Positions 38,903 through 48,776 of a DNA stretch of 64,000 bases are shown here, one piece after another. The position numbers were made by a program, and so were the translations under genes. How positions within the stretch are numbered: the first letter of the stretch is position 1; each line of letters starts with the position of its first letter. The notes beneath the pieces were generated by a model. It was not told where the DNA came from. It did not search any database and worked only from the letters and a program-made list of their open reading frames with translations. The DNA comes from Candidatus Dormiibacterota bacterium (GTDB lineage: Bacteria; Chloroflexota; Dormibacteria; Aeolococcales; Aeolococcaceae), in the NCBI GenBank assembly GCA_963808125.1, contig CAWEEP010000056.1, positions 19,759-83,758 on the forward strand. The letters run 5' to 3'.

Positions 38903-41533
38903 CTACTCCTCCGCGGCGTGCTGCAGGGCGACGCCGCCCTGGCAGAGGAGGACGTCGCCGCTCTCGACACCGGGCACGAGCTCGATGGAGACCTCGCAGG
39001 GCCGGCCGTCGACGGTCCCCCGGGCCATCCCCGACGTGGCGTCGGTGGAGGTCACGACCAGGCTCACCAGCTGGTCGCGGCAGGTGACGCAGAGGCCGTC
39101 CCGACACTCCGCCTCCACCACCGGTGGACCGGCCGCCGACCGCTGCGAGACCGCCACCAGCGCCTGCCCGAGGCTGACTCCGCCGTCGTTGGCGGGCACC
39201 GCTGAGTTGGCGTGGACGGTGAGAGCGCGCTGCCGCAGGAGGGACTCCAGGCGGCCGAGGAGGAGGGCGTTCTGGAAGACGCCGCCGCTGAGCGCCACCC
39301 GGTCCACCCCGCATTCGGCGGCGAGCCGCCCCACGGACTCGGCCACCGCCTGGGCCAGGCTCTCGTGGAAGAGCAGCGACAGCTCGGCGGCGGGACGGCC
39401 CCTCTCGCGGTCATGGGCAAGCGCCATGACCAGGGAGACGGTGTCGATGACGAGCGGATCACCGCGCATCCCGACGGGCAGGGGGCGGACCTGGTCCGGC
39501 TCCCCGGCGGTGGCGGCGAGCGCCTCGAGGCGCATGGCCGCCTCCCCCTCGAAACTCGACACCTGGGCGACACCCAGGAGGCTGGCGACGGCGTCGAAGA
39601 GGCGGCCCGCGCTGGTCGTCACCGGCGCCCGGTCGCTCGCCGCCAGGCGGGTGACGAGCCGCCAGCGCCGCGCGTCGGGGGCGTCGGGGGAGGCGGCGAT
39701 CGCCGGCGGAGGCGCGGCGGGGGCTGCCCCAGCCGCGACCAGATAGGCGGCCGCCATGCGCCAGCCCTGCCGGGCGCACATGTCGCCCCCGGGCTGGGTG
39801 ACGGGCGCGAGGTGGCCGGCGCGGACGAAGGAGCGTTCGTCGCAGAGCAGGATCTCGCCGCCCCAGAGGGTCCCGTCCGGACCCAGGCCGATGCCATCGA
39901 AAGCGACGCCGAGCACGCGGCCGCGGAGGCCGTGCTCGGCCATGACGCTGGCGACATGGGCGTGGTGATGCTGCACCCGCACAGGACGGGCTCCGCCCTC
40001 CCACCACGCCTCGGCGAGGTGGCTGGAGGTGTAGTCGGGATGCAGATCGCAGGCGACCACGTCGGGATGGACGCGGAAGAGCCGGAGGTAGGTGGTCAGC
40101 GCCTCGGCCTGGTGGCGCAGCGCCAGCGCCTCGTCGAGGTCACCGACGTGGGGGCTGACGAACGCGTCGCCGTCCTTGAGAAGGGTGAAGGTGTTCTTCA
40201 GATGGGCGCCCAGCGCCAGCACCGCTGGACGGGGTCCGCCGGCGTCACCTTGCAGGTCGATGGGCAAAGGGCAGAAGCCCCGGGCGCGGCGCACCATCCG
40301 CGACGCCCCGCCGACCAGCCGCACCACCGAGTCGTCGTATCGCGCGTAGATGTCGCGATCGTGGAGGAGGAAGCCGTCGGCGATGCTCCCCAGCCGCTCG
40401 ACAGCCTCGTCGTTGTCCTTGGCGATCGGCTCGTCGGTGAGGTTGCCGCTGGTCATGACCAGCGGCCGCCGCAACCTCTCCAGCAGAAGGTGGTGCAGCG
40501 GGGTGCTGGGCAGCATCACCCCAAGGTCGCCGAAGCCGGGGGCGATCGACGGCGCCACCCCGTGGTCGGCGGCGTCGCTGTGCGGGCGGAGCAGGACGAT
40601 GGGCCGGGCCGGCTGCCGCAGCAGTTCAGCCTCCTCGTTGCTGACGATGCAGATCCGCCGCACCGACTCGAGGTCGGCGCACATCAGCGCCAGCGGCTTG
40701 GCGGGGCGGTGCTTGCGGGCGCGGAGGCGCCGGACCGCGGCCTCGTCGCCGGCATCGCAGCACAGCTGGAAACCACCCAGTCCCTTGAGGGCGACGATCC
40801 GCCCCGCCTCGACCGCCTCCACCGCCCGGTCGATGGCGTCCCCCGGCATCTCCGCGCCGTCGCGCGCGGCGAACCAGAGCCGGGGACCGCACTCGGCGCA
40901 GGCGTTGGGCTGGGCATGGAAACGGCGGTCGGCGGGGTTCTCGTACTCCCCCCGGCAGCGGCTGCACATGGCGAAGCGTCGCATCGTGGTCAGCGGCCGG
41001 TCGTACGGGATGTCCTCGATGATGGTGAAGCGCGGCCCGCAGTTGGTGCAGTTGATGAAGGGGTATGCGTGGCGGCGGTCCTCCGGATCGAACAGCTCCG
41101 CCAGGCAGTCCGCGCAGGTGGCCGCGTCGGCGGCGATCGTCTGGTGCTCACCGGCGACGGTGCGGCTCTCCTCGATGCGGAAGTCGATGCTCCCGGCGGG
41201 GTCCGTCTCCACCACGTCGATGCCGGCGATGCGCGACAGCGGCGGGGCTTCGCGGACCAGCGCCCGGGCGAACCCCTCCAGCGCCCCGGGGGTTCCCTCC
41301 GCCTCCACGATGACGGCGCCGGAGGTGTTGCGGACCGAGCCTGTGAGGCCGGACCGGGAGGCCAGCGTCCAGACGAAGGGCCGAAAGCCGACGCCCTGGA
41401 CCAGGCCGTGGATGGTGTAGACGCGCCGGATGCGCACCTCGGGGAAGGCGGCGACCACCAGATCCCCGGCGTCGCCGGCATGACGCGGAGACGCTGACGC
41501 GGTGGCGCGGGACGGGGGATTCTGGGGGGACAC
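38903..41533 (-). CDS. hypF: carbamoyltransferase HypF with an in-frame C-terminal HypC/HupF-like extension
   Basis: Acylphosphatase domain (GLVQGVGFRPFV), two CxxC..CxxC zinc-finger pairs (CADC..CTNCGPRF; CSRC..CAECGP), and YrdC and Kae1-like parts ending ..PANDGGVSLGQAL. This is followed by 81 extra residues, LCVTCRDQLVSLVV..ARGTVDG..EVSIELVPGVESGDVLLCQGGVAL. Confidence 0.9.
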   Translation of the reverse strand: MSPQNPPSRATASASPRHAGDAGDLVVAAFPEVRIRRVYTIHGLVQGVGFRPFVWTLASRSGLTGSVRNTSGAVIVEAEGTPGALEGFARALVREAPPLSRIAGIDVVETDPAGSIDFRIEESRTVAGEHQTIAADAATCADCLAELFDPEDRRHAYPFINCTNCGPRFTIIEDIPYDRPLTTMRRFAMCSRCRGEYENPADRRFHAQPNACAECGPRLWFAARDGAEMPGDAIDRAVEAVEAGRIVALKGLGGFQLCCDAGDEAAVRRLRARKHRPAKPLALMCADLESVRRICIVSNEEAELLRQPARPIVLLRPHSDAADHGVAPSIAPGFGDLGVMLPSTPLHHLLLERLRRPLVMTSGNLTDEPIAKDNDEAVERLGSIADGFLLHDRDIYARYDDSVVRLVGGASRMVRRARGFCPLPIDLQGDAGGPRPAVLALGAHLKNTFTLLKDGDAFVSPHVGDLDEALALRHQAEALTTYLRLFRVHPDVVACDLHPDYTSSHLAEAWWEGGARPVRVQHHHAHVASVMAEHGLRGRVLGVAFDGIGLGPDGTLWGGEILLCDERSFVRAGHLAPVTQPGGDMCARQGWRMAAAYLVAAGAAPAAPPPAIAASPDAPDARRWRLVTRLAASDRAPVTTSAGRLFDAVASLLGVAQVSSFEGEAAMRLEALAATAGEPDQVRPLPVGMRGDPLVIDTVSLVMALAHDRERGRPAAELSLLFHESLAQAVAESVGRLAAECGVDRVALSGGVFQNALLLGRLESLLRQRALTVHANSAVPANDGGVSLGQALVAVSQRSAAGPPVVEAECRDGLCVTCRDQLVSLVVTSTDATSGMARGTVDGRPCEVSIELVPGVESGDVLLCQGGVALQHAAEE

Positions 41534-41608
41534 CGAGGGTCAGCCTACACGCTGACACTGACGAGACCGCCCGAGCGCGGCGCGGCCCGGCGTCCACCGG
41601 GGCGGGGC

Positions 41609-41983
41609 CTAGGCCGGGATCTGGCTCCCCGCCGGGCCCGATCCGAGCGGCGACGCGTGCCGGGGTTCGTCGACCCGCAACTCGCCACCCGGGATCAGCA
41701 TCGTCGCCACCCGCCCGAAGCCGGCGTCCTCGATGCCGCCGACGAACTCGGCACCCCGAGCCCGCAGCTCGGCGACGGTTGCCTCGATCGCGTCGCACAT
41801 GAGGTAGAGCTCGTGGCGGTTCTCCCCTCCCGCCAGGTGCACGCCGAGCTCCGCCGGCGGCAGGGCGAAGATCGGCCAGCCGCCTCCGGCGTCGACGGAC
41901 GGCAATTCCACCACGTCGCGCAGGAATGCCCGAGCGGCCTCCGGCTCCGACGTGAAGATGAGTGCGTGCACGCCGGTGATCAC
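41609..41983 (-). CDS. VOC/glyoxalase-family protein
   Basis: A GTG at 41983 gives VITGVHALIFTSEPEAARAFLRDVVELP..GGWPIFALPPAELGVH..HELYLMCDAIEATVAELRARG. This is the tail of ORF 41609..42391. Confidence 0.7.
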   Translation of the reverse strand: MITGVHALIFTSEPEAARAFLRDVVELPSVDAGGGWPIFALPPAELGVHLAGGENRHELYLMCDAIEATVAELRARGAEFVGGIEDAGFGRVATMLIPGGELRVDEPRHASPLGSGPAGSQIPA

Positions 41984-42089
41984 GCCCCGCAGTCTAGCGA
42001 CGGCCTCCCTCGCCGGAGGCCGGCGCGGTGCATGCGGCCCTGGGTGTACCGTTCGCCGGACGGCAGCCCCAGTGAGGACCCCGACCGTG

Positions 42090-42743
42090 ATGCACGAGCC
42101 GCCACCTCCACCCCCGCCGCCAGTCCACTCTCCGCCTGTCGGCGGACCTCTCCCGACCCAAACGCAGCAGGAGTCGCCACCGTCCGCCTCGCGGCGGCCC
42201 GCCCTGCGCTTCGAGCGGCGCGGCATCGCCGGCATCGCGCTAGGGGCGATCGGAATCGCCGCCATTGCCCTTCTCATCGTCCTGGACGTGGGGCTCCAAT
42301 CCAGGGTCAACTCGCTGCAGAGCCAGGTGAGCACCGCAAAGGCGGGCCTCGCGACGGCGAGCGCCATCAGCAGCGGCCTGACCGCCAACAACCTGAACGA
42401 CCAGGCGGAGATCGCCTCCCTCGAAGCGCAGGTCCCGAATCAGCCCGACTTCACCGTCGTCAGCTCCAGCTGGCAGAAGGGCTGCAGCGCGGACACCTGC
42501 TTCCCCGAGGCCTCGGTGGTCAACTACGGCCAGACGGGCCAGGCGGTGGTCATGTTCAGCATCGACCAGGGAGGCTCGACCACCGGCACGGTGCTCGCGA
42601 CCTGTTCTGCGTCGATCACCTCAACAGCCCCGAACGGCGCCGCCGACGTCAACTGCCCGGCATCGTCGGCAGCCCTCATCCAGTACTTCGAGAACAACCC
42701 CGCCGGGGAGGTCTCCCTGCAGGTCGTCATCAAGAACCCCTGA
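42090..42743 (+). CDS. hypothetical single-pass membrane protein (Pro-rich N-terminus, extracytoplasmic Cys-containing domain)
   Basis: The ATG at 42090 is preceded by GAGGAC. The TM helix is IAGIALGAIGIAAIALLIVL. Confidence 0.45.
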   Translation: MHEPPPPPPPPVHSPPVGGPLPTQTQQESPPSASRRPALRFERRGIAGIALGAIGIAAIALLIVLDVGLQSRVNSLQSQVSTAKAGLATASAISSGLTANNLNDQAEIASLEAQVPNQPDFTVVSSSWQKGCSADTCFPEASVVNYGQTGQAVVMFSIDQGGSTTGTVLATCSASITSTAPNGAADVNCPASSAALIQYFENNPAGEVSLQVVIKNP

Positions 42744-42845
42744 CCCGGGGTGGGCCGCCGGGGGCCGGTGTCGGGCATCGGCGCGGCGGGACGCCGGGCG
42801 GGCTCTGGGCGTTCTCACAGCGAATTCCCAGGATTCGCTGCCACC

Positions 42846-43565
42846 ATGGGGGCCGTGGCCGAGCCCCTCACCGAGCCCACCCGGGTCTTGGTCGTCGACG
42901 ACGAGCGCAACATCACCGAGCTGGTGGCCATGGCGCTGCGCTACGAGGGCTTCGAGGTGCAGACGGCGGCCACCGCCCGGCAGGCCCGGGAGGCGGTCCT
43001 GGAGCGCCGCCCGTCCTTGATCGTCCTCGACATCGGTCTGCCCGGCGAGGACGGGCTGCAACTGGCCCAGCGCCTGACCGCCGAAGGGCAGCGGGTCCCC
43101 ATCATCTTCCTCACCGCCCGCGACGCCACCGAGGACAAGGTGCGCGGGCTCACCGTGGGCGGCGACGACTACGTCACCAAGCCCTTCAGCATCGAGGAGC
43201 TGGTGGCGCGGATCCGCGCCGTGCTGCGCCGCTACCGAGGCGGTGATCCGGAGGCCGGAGGGCGGCTCGCCGTGGCTGACCTGGAGCTCGACGAGGAGAG
43301 CCATGAGGTGTGGCGCGCCGGCCAACTCGTCGAACTCACCCCCACCGAGTTCCGCCTCCTCCGCTACCTCATGGCCAACGCGCGCCGGGTCCTCTCCCGC
43401 GCGCAGATCCTCGACCACGTCTGGGATTACGACTTCGGCGGCGACGCGGGCGTCCTGGAGACCTACGTCAGCTACCTGCGGCGCAAGGTTGACTGCGTCG
43501 ATCCGCCCCTCATCCAGACCGTCCGGGGCGTCGGCTACGTGCTCCGCCCTCCCCGCCCGGCGTGA
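42846..43565 (+). CDS. OmpR-family response regulator
   Basis: VLVVDDE..LIVLDIGLPGEDG..KPF is the receiver domain. The winged-helix output is LTPTEFRLLRYL..VRGVGYVL. Confidence 0.9.
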   Translation: MGAVAEPLTEPTRVLVVDDERNITELVAMALRYEGFEVQTAATARQAREAVLERRPSLIVLDIGLPGEDGLQLAQRLTAEGQRVPIIFLTARDATEDKVRGLTVGGDDYVTKPFSIEELVARIRAVLRRYRGGDPEAGGRLAVADLELDEESHEVWRAGQLVELTPTEFRLLRYLMANARRVLSRAQILDHVWDYDFGGDAGVLETYVSYLRRKVDCVDPPLIQTVRGVGYVLRPPRPA

Positions 43566-43566
43566 G

Positions 43567-45021
43567 ATGACGCTCCGGACCCGGCTGCTGTGCACCCTGG
43601 TGCCGCTCTTCGCCGTCTGCCTGGCCGCGGCCGACATCGCCACCTACACCGACCAGCAGGCGGTCCTCTTCGACCAGCTGCGGCAGCAGGCGCTGAACGG
43701 GGTGACGCTGATCGCGGACTCGGTGCCGGGCAACCCAGGCGGGCCGGGTGGAGGCGGTCCGCCGGGCGCCGGCGCCCAGCCGGGCGTCGTCTGGGGTGAG
43801 GTGCTCTCCCCCGCCGGGCTGATGGTGAGCCCCGCGAGGTTCCTGGGTTTCCCCACGCAGGATCAATTGAGCGCCACCGCCAACCATCCCGTGCTCACCC
43901 CTCTGCTCACCTCGTCGCCGTCCCAGGACGTGGAGGTGGCCGGGGTCGGCCGCTACAGCGACTACCTCGTCGACACCCGGCCGGCCAATGACGGCAGCGG
44001 CGATCTGATCGTCGCCGGGGTGCCGATGGACAGCTACAACGCCACCCTCGGCAACCTGCTCCTCCTCGAGCTGCTGGCGGGACTGGCGGTGGTTTTGATC
44101 CTCATCCTCACCGCCTGGTTCCTCGTCCGTCGCGGGCTGCGGCCACTGGAGCGCATGGGCGCGACGGCCGGCGCCATCGCCGCCGGGGAGCTGGGCCGCC
44201 GGGTCACCCCGGCCGACCCCACCACCGAGGTGGGCCGGCTTGGCCTCGCCCTCAACACCATGCTGGACCGGCTGGAGACCGCTTTCGCCCAGCGCGCCGC
44301 GGTCGAACAGCGGCTGCGCGACTTCATCGCCGACGCCTCCCATGAGCTGCGCACACCGCTCACGTCGATGCGTGGATACGCGGAGCTGGCACGCCGCACC
44401 CCAGACATGACGGCGGAGGAGATGGACCTGTCCCTGCGCCGCATCGAGGACGAGGCGCGGCGAATGGGGGAGCTCGTCGACGACCTCATGGTGCTGGCCC
44501 GGCTCGACCAGGGACGACCCCTGGGGCGCGCCCCGGTGGCGCTGGAGTCGCTGGTCGCCGACGCCTGCGGCGACGCCCGGGTGATCGACCCCTCGCGGAC
44601 GATCACGGCGGATGTCGCCGCTCCGCTCACCGTCACGGGAGACGAGGCGCGGCTGCGCCAGCTGCTCGGCAACCTGCTCCGCAACGCCGTGGTCCACACG
44701 GCCCCGGGGACGCCCGTCGAGGTGCGCCTGAGACAGGAGCCGCCCTGGGCGGTCATCGAGGTCGTCGACCACGGCTCGGGCATCCCGCTACCCGCCCGGA
44801 GCCAGATCTTCGAGCGATTCCACCGGGCCGACCCGGAACGGAGCCGGGACCAAGGCGGCAGCGGGCTCGGACTCAGCATCGTCGCCGCCGTGGTGGGGGC
44901 GCACGGCGGACGGGTCTCGATCACCGACACCCAGGGCGGCGGCGCAACCTTCCGCATCGACCTGCCATTGGCCCGCGAGGCAGAGACGCCACCCGCGGAG
45001 GGCGCGCCACCGCCGGGCTGA
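43567..45021 (+). CDS. sensor histidine kinase (2 TM, HAMP, HisKA, HATPase_c)
   Basis: The ATG is 1 nt after the regulator's stop. H-box FIADASHELRTPLTS, N-box LLRNAVVHT, G-boxes DHGSGI and GGSGLGLSIV. Confidence 0.9.
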   Translation: MTLRTRLLCTLVPLFAVCLAAADIATYTDQQAVLFDQLRQQALNGVTLIADSVPGNPGGPGGGGPPGAGAQPGVVWGEVLSPAGLMVSPARFLGFPTQDQLSATANHPVLTPLLTSSPSQDVEVAGVGRYSDYLVDTRPANDGSGDLIVAGVPMDSYNATLGNLLLLELLAGLAVVLILILTAWFLVRRGLRPLERMGATAGAIAAGELGRRVTPADPTTEVGRLGLALNTMLDRLETAFAQRAAVEQRLRDFIADASHELRTPLTSMRGYAELARRTPDMTAEEMDLSLRRIEDEARRMGELVDDLMVLARLDQGRPLGRAPVALESLVADACGDARVIDPSRTITADVAAPLTVTGDEARLRQLLGNLLRNAVVHTAPGTPVEVRLRQEPPWAVIEVVDHGSGIPLPARSQIFERFHRADPERSRDQGGSGLGLSIVAAVVGAHGGRVSITDTQGGGATFRIDLPLAREAETPPAEGAPPPG

Positions 45022-45233
45022 TCCTTTCGCGAACGCCGCGCCCCATCCCTGATCGTTGCCCCGTTGCGCCTCCACCGTCGCAGGAACCCGTCGGGGAGGC
45101 CGGCCAACGTCCTCCTCATCGCCGTCAACGTCCTGATCATCCCCGGTCTCGTCCTCACCCGGCGCTCGCGCCCGAGCGCCGCCGCCGACCACGGAGCCGC
45201 GCCTCGTCCCTGGTAGTCCCCGGGGGCTGGGGC

Positions 45234-46409
45234 TCAGCCGTTCTGGATGAAGCGCCTGCGTCGACGTGGGTGTTTGACGTCCATCCAGCCGCGGAGGACG
45301 GCATACCGGCACACGGTTGCGGCGAGATTCACTGCCGTCAGCACGGCCACCTCGACGAGGCGGCCGGCTCGGGGCGCGGCCAGCGTCAGCGCGCCGGCAG
45401 CGGCGGTGGTCATGAGCAGGGCGATGAGAAACGCGACGAGCCCGGCGGCGTAGTCGCCGCGCAACCCCGGGCGTCCCCGGACCCCGAAGGTGATCCGACG
45501 GTTCACGGCGGTGTTGGCCACGGCGGTGACGAGGAGGGCCACCGCGTTGGCCACCGGCGAGCTGGTGAACCCCCGCAGCAGCAGGTACAGGCCGGCGTAG
45601 GCGACGGTGCTGGCGACACCGATCGCCGCGAAACGGAGGAAGCGACCGGAGATCCCCGACCGCAGCAGGCGCATGACGCCCCGCAGGTCGTCGCGGGCGG
45701 TGGAGACGATCTTGACCCGGGAGTCGGGATCGTCCGTCCAGTCCACGGGAACCTCGTGGATGCGCAGCCCAGCCCTCTCCGCCAGCACCAGCAGCTCGGT
45801 ATCGAAGAACCAGGAGCGGTCCTGCACGTCGGGCAGCAGGCGCCGCGCGACATCGGCCCGGACCGCCTTGAAGCCGCACTGCGCATCCCGGAAGTGGACG
45901 CCCAGCACGAGCCGGAGGATCAGGTTGTAGGCGCGCGAGATCGTCTCGCGCTCGACGCCGCGGTGGACATGGGCGCCGGGAGCGAGGCGGCTGCCGATGG
46001 CCACGTCGCTGTGCCCGCTGACCAGCGGAGCCACCAGGGGCAGGAGGGCATCGAGGTCGGTCGACAGGTCGATGTCCATATAGGCGACGACGTCGGCGTC
46101 GCTGTTCATCCAGGCGTGGGCCAGTGCCCGCCCACGGCCCTTGTCCTCCAGACGCAGGTAGCGGACGCCGGGCACCTCGGCGGCGAGTCGCCGGCCGATC
46201 GACGCCGTTGCGTCGCTGCTCGCGTTGTCGGCGATGGTGATGCCGGCGGCGAAGGGGAAGCCTGGCTCGTCGAGGTAGGCGCGCAGCCGGCGCACGCTGG
46301 GCTCCAGGTCGTGCTCCTCGTTGTAGACGGGGAGCACGATGTCGATGACGGACTCCTTCGACGGCTGCTTGGCCAGCGCGATGGCGGGGCGGATCACGAG
46401 CGACATCAT
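45234..46409 (-). CDS. GT2 polyprenyl-phosphate glycosyltransferase fused to a C-terminal GtrA-like 4-TM domain
   Basis: Intact 391 aa ORF with DIVLPVYNEE, ADNASSD, MDIDLSTD (DxD) and a C-terminal FLRFAAIGVASTVAYAG..NRRITF (GtrA-like). Confidence 0.85.
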   Translation of the reverse strand: MMSLVIRPAIALAKQPSKESVIDIVLPVYNEEHDLEPSVRRLRAYLDEPGFPFAAGITIADNASSDATASIGRRLAAEVPGVRYLRLEDKGRGRALAHAWMNSDADVVAYMDIDLSTDLDALLPLVAPLVSGHSDVAIGSRLAPGAHVHRGVERETISRAYNLILRLVLGVHFRDAQCGFKAVRADVARRLLPDVQDRSWFFDTELLVLAERAGLRIHEVPVDWTDDPDSRVKIVSTARDDLRGVMRLLRSGISGRFLRFAAIGVASTVAYAGLYLLLRGFTSSPVANAVALLVTAVANTAVNRRITFGVRGRPGLRGDYAAGLVAFLIALLMTTAAAGALTLAAPRAGRLVEVAVLTAVNLAATVCRYAVLRGWMDVKHPRRRRRFIQNG

Positions 46410-46536
46410 GCACGCCCATTCTTGGCGCCGTCTGCGAGGCGGCTGTGAAGCGCGTGGGAACCGCCCCCGCCAGATTCACAGGCTTCTCCCAGGTCCCTAC
46501 CAGGGCCCTCTCGGAGACGGGTGCCAAGGTGATCCC

Positions 46537-48702
46537 ATGACAGATCCGGCAGACACCGCCCCGGCCGGGGCCGTAAACCCCGTCGAGACCCCACCCGCGC
46601 GCCCTACCGCCGTTCGCCGCCTGATGCGGCAGGTCACCTGGCCGCGCGTCTCGCTGTTCCTGCTGCTCGCCATCACCGCCGGCCTCTACCTCTGGAACCT
46701 GGGCGCCTCGGGATGGGCCAACAGCTTCTACTCCGCCGCCGTCGAGGCCGGCGCCAGGAGCTGGAAGGCGTTCCTCTTCGGTTCCTTCAACTCCTCGAAC
46801 TTCATCACCGTCGACAAGCCTCCCGCGTCGCTCTGGGTGATGGACCTCTTCGCGCGGGTCTTCGGCGTCAACGCCTGGAGCATCCTCGTCCCCCAGGCCC
46901 TGGAGGGCGTCGCAGCCGTCGGCCTCCTCTACGCCACGGTGCGTCGCGGTTTCGGGCACGTCGCCGGGCTCATCTCCGGCGCCGTCCTGGCGTTGACGCC
47001 GATCGCGGCCCTGATGTTCCGCTTCGACAACCCCGACGCCCTTCTCGTCCTCCTCCTGGTCGGCGCCGCCTACTCCCTGACCAGGGCGCTGGAGGCGGGG
47101 AGGACACGCTGGCTCGTGCTCGCCGGCGCCTTCATCGGCCTCGGCTTCCTGACCAAGATGATGGGGGCCTTCCTGGTGCTCCCGGGCTTTGCCGCGGTGT
47201 ACCTGGTGGCCGCGCCAGTCTCGGTCCGCAGGCGTCTCGTGCAGCTGCTGGCCGCCGGGTTCTCCGTGCTCGTGGCGGGCGGCTGGTGGGTGGCGCTCGT
47301 CACCCTCTGGCCCGCCGCGGACCGCCCCTACGTGGGCGGCTCGACCGACAACAGCGTGCTCAACCTGATCTTCGGCTACAACGGCTTCGGCCGCGTCACC
47401 GGCAACGAGACGGGCAGCGTCGGTGGCGGCGGCGCGGCCGGCGGCAACTGGGGCCCGACCGGCCTCTTCCGGATGTTCAACGACACCTTCGGCAGCCAGG
47501 CCAGCTGGCTCATCCCGGCGGCGCTCATCCTCTGCGGTGCTCTGCTGTGGTTGCGGGGTCGCGCCCCGCGCACCGACACCAGGCGCGCCGCCGCGCTCAT
47601 CTGGGGCAGCTGGCTGGTCGTCACCGCCCTGGTCTTCAGCTTCGCCCAGGGCATCATCCACCCCTACTACACGGTGGCACTCGCTCCCGCCATCGGTGCC
47701 CTGGTGGGTGTCGGCGGCGTCGAGCTGTGGCGCCATCGCGACCGCCTGGCGGCCCGCGGCCTCCTCGCCTTGTCCCTGGCGGCGACCGCCATCTGGGCCT
47801 TCGCGCTCCTCGGCCGTAGCCCGGACTGGATGCCCTGGCTGGCGCCCGCCGTGCTCGTCGCGGGGCTGGTCACCGCGGCCGCCCTGCTGGCACCGCCCGT
47901 CAAGAGCGTGGGGATCGCCGCCCTGCTCGCCGGGTGCGTCCTGGCCACCGCCCTGGCCGCGCCCACCGCCTACGCCCTCGACACGGTGGCCACCCCGCAT
48001 AGCGGCGCCATCCCCACCGCCGGGCCGACCGTGACGTCGGCCGGCGTCGGGGCGGGCGGGCAGGGCGGCAGTTTGGGTGGAGCGCCGGTCGGCGCCGTCG
48101 CCGGCCTGGGTGGCACCGGCAGCCGCCCTGCCACGGCGCCGGAAGGCCTCCCCGGGAACGCGGGCACCGGTGGGCTGCCGGGCGGCCCGGGTAGCGCCGG
48201 CGGCTTCCCCGCGGGGATCCCCACCGGCGGAGGCCCCGGCTCTCGGGTCACACGTCCGGCCGGTGCGGTCGGCGGCACCCTGCCGTCAGGCGTGCCAACC
48301 GGCGGCAACGCCGGGGGCGGTGGCCTCCTCAACGCCAGCACGCCGTTGGCGGCAGTGACGAAGGTGCTGGAGAAGAACGCGTCCTCCTACGAGTGGATCC
48401 TCGCCACCGTCGGCGCCAACAACGCCGCCGGCTACCAGCTCGCCACCGACGACCCGGTCATGGCCATCGGCGGCTTCAACGGGACCGATCCATGGCCGAC
48501 CCTGAGCGTCTTTGAGAAGCTCGTCGGCGAGCACGAGATCCACTACTTCATGGCCGCTGGCACCGGCGGCGGCCCAGGGGTGGGCGGCTCGACAGAGAGC
48601 ACTGAGATCGCCAGCTGGGTCGAGAGCCACTTCACGAAGGTCACTGCCGCCGGCACCACCCTCTTCGACCTGACCAAGCCGGTGACGTCGACGGCGGCCT
48701 GA
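46537..48702 (+). CDS. GT-C fold glycosyltransferase (GT39/ArnT/PMT-like) with Gly-rich linker and extra C-terminal domain
   Basis: The ATG at 46537 lies inside ORF 46339..48702. It has more than 10 TM helices. The first loop FITVDKPPASLW fits the family, and the following loop is MFRFDNPDALL. Confidence 0.85.
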   Translation: MTDPADTAPAGAVNPVETPPARPTAVRRLMRQVTWPRVSLFLLLAITAGLYLWNLGASGWANSFYSAAVEAGARSWKAFLFGSFNSSNFITVDKPPASLWVMDLFARVFGVNAWSILVPQALEGVAAVGLLYATVRRGFGHVAGLISGAVLALTPIAALMFRFDNPDALLVLLLVGAAYSLTRALEAGRTRWLVLAGAFIGLGFLTKMMGAFLVLPGFAAVYLVAAPVSVRRRLVQLLAAGFSVLVAGGWWVALVTLWPAADRPYVGGSTDNSVLNLIFGYNGFGRVTGNETGSVGGGGAAGGNWGPTGLFRMFNDTFGSQASWLIPAALILCGALLWLRGRAPRTDTRRAAALIWGSWLVVTALVFSFAQGIIHPYYTVALAPAIGALVGVGGVELWRHRDRLAARGLLALSLAATAIWAFALLGRSPDWMPWLAPAVLVAGLVTAAALLAPPVKSVGIAALLAGCVLATALAAPTAYALDTVATPHSGAIPTAGPTVTSAGVGAGGQGGSLGGAPVGAVAGLGGTGSRPATAPEGLPGNAGTGGLPGGPGSAGGFPAGIPTGGGPGSRVTRPAGAVGGTLPSGVPTGGNAGGGGLLNASTPLAAVTKVLEKNASSYEWILATVGANNAAGYQLATDDPVMAIGGFNGTDPWPTLSVFEKLVGEHEIHYFMAAGTGGGPGVGGSTESTEIASWVESHFTKVTAAGTTLFDLTKPVTSTAA

Positions 48703-48776
48703 CGGCGCATCGAACCGGGCGGGGCCGTGGCACGCACTGCGCCGGCACACCGCCGGCCGCCGTGAGCAGATCGCCG

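Noticed and set aside
45063-45215. About 50-aa TTG-initiated ORF with one hydrophobic helix between the kinase and GT2 genes
   Set aside because: It has a weak start, no RBS and no family resemblance. It could be chance in GC-rich DNA.
44788-48000. 1070-aa minus-strand ORF, the longest in the track
   Set aside because: It is an Arg/Gly/Pro/Asp-rich translation with no motifs. It runs antisense through the well-supported histidine kinase 3' end and GT39 gene, and out of frame through the GT2-GtrA gene. This is a typical GC-driven shadow ORF.
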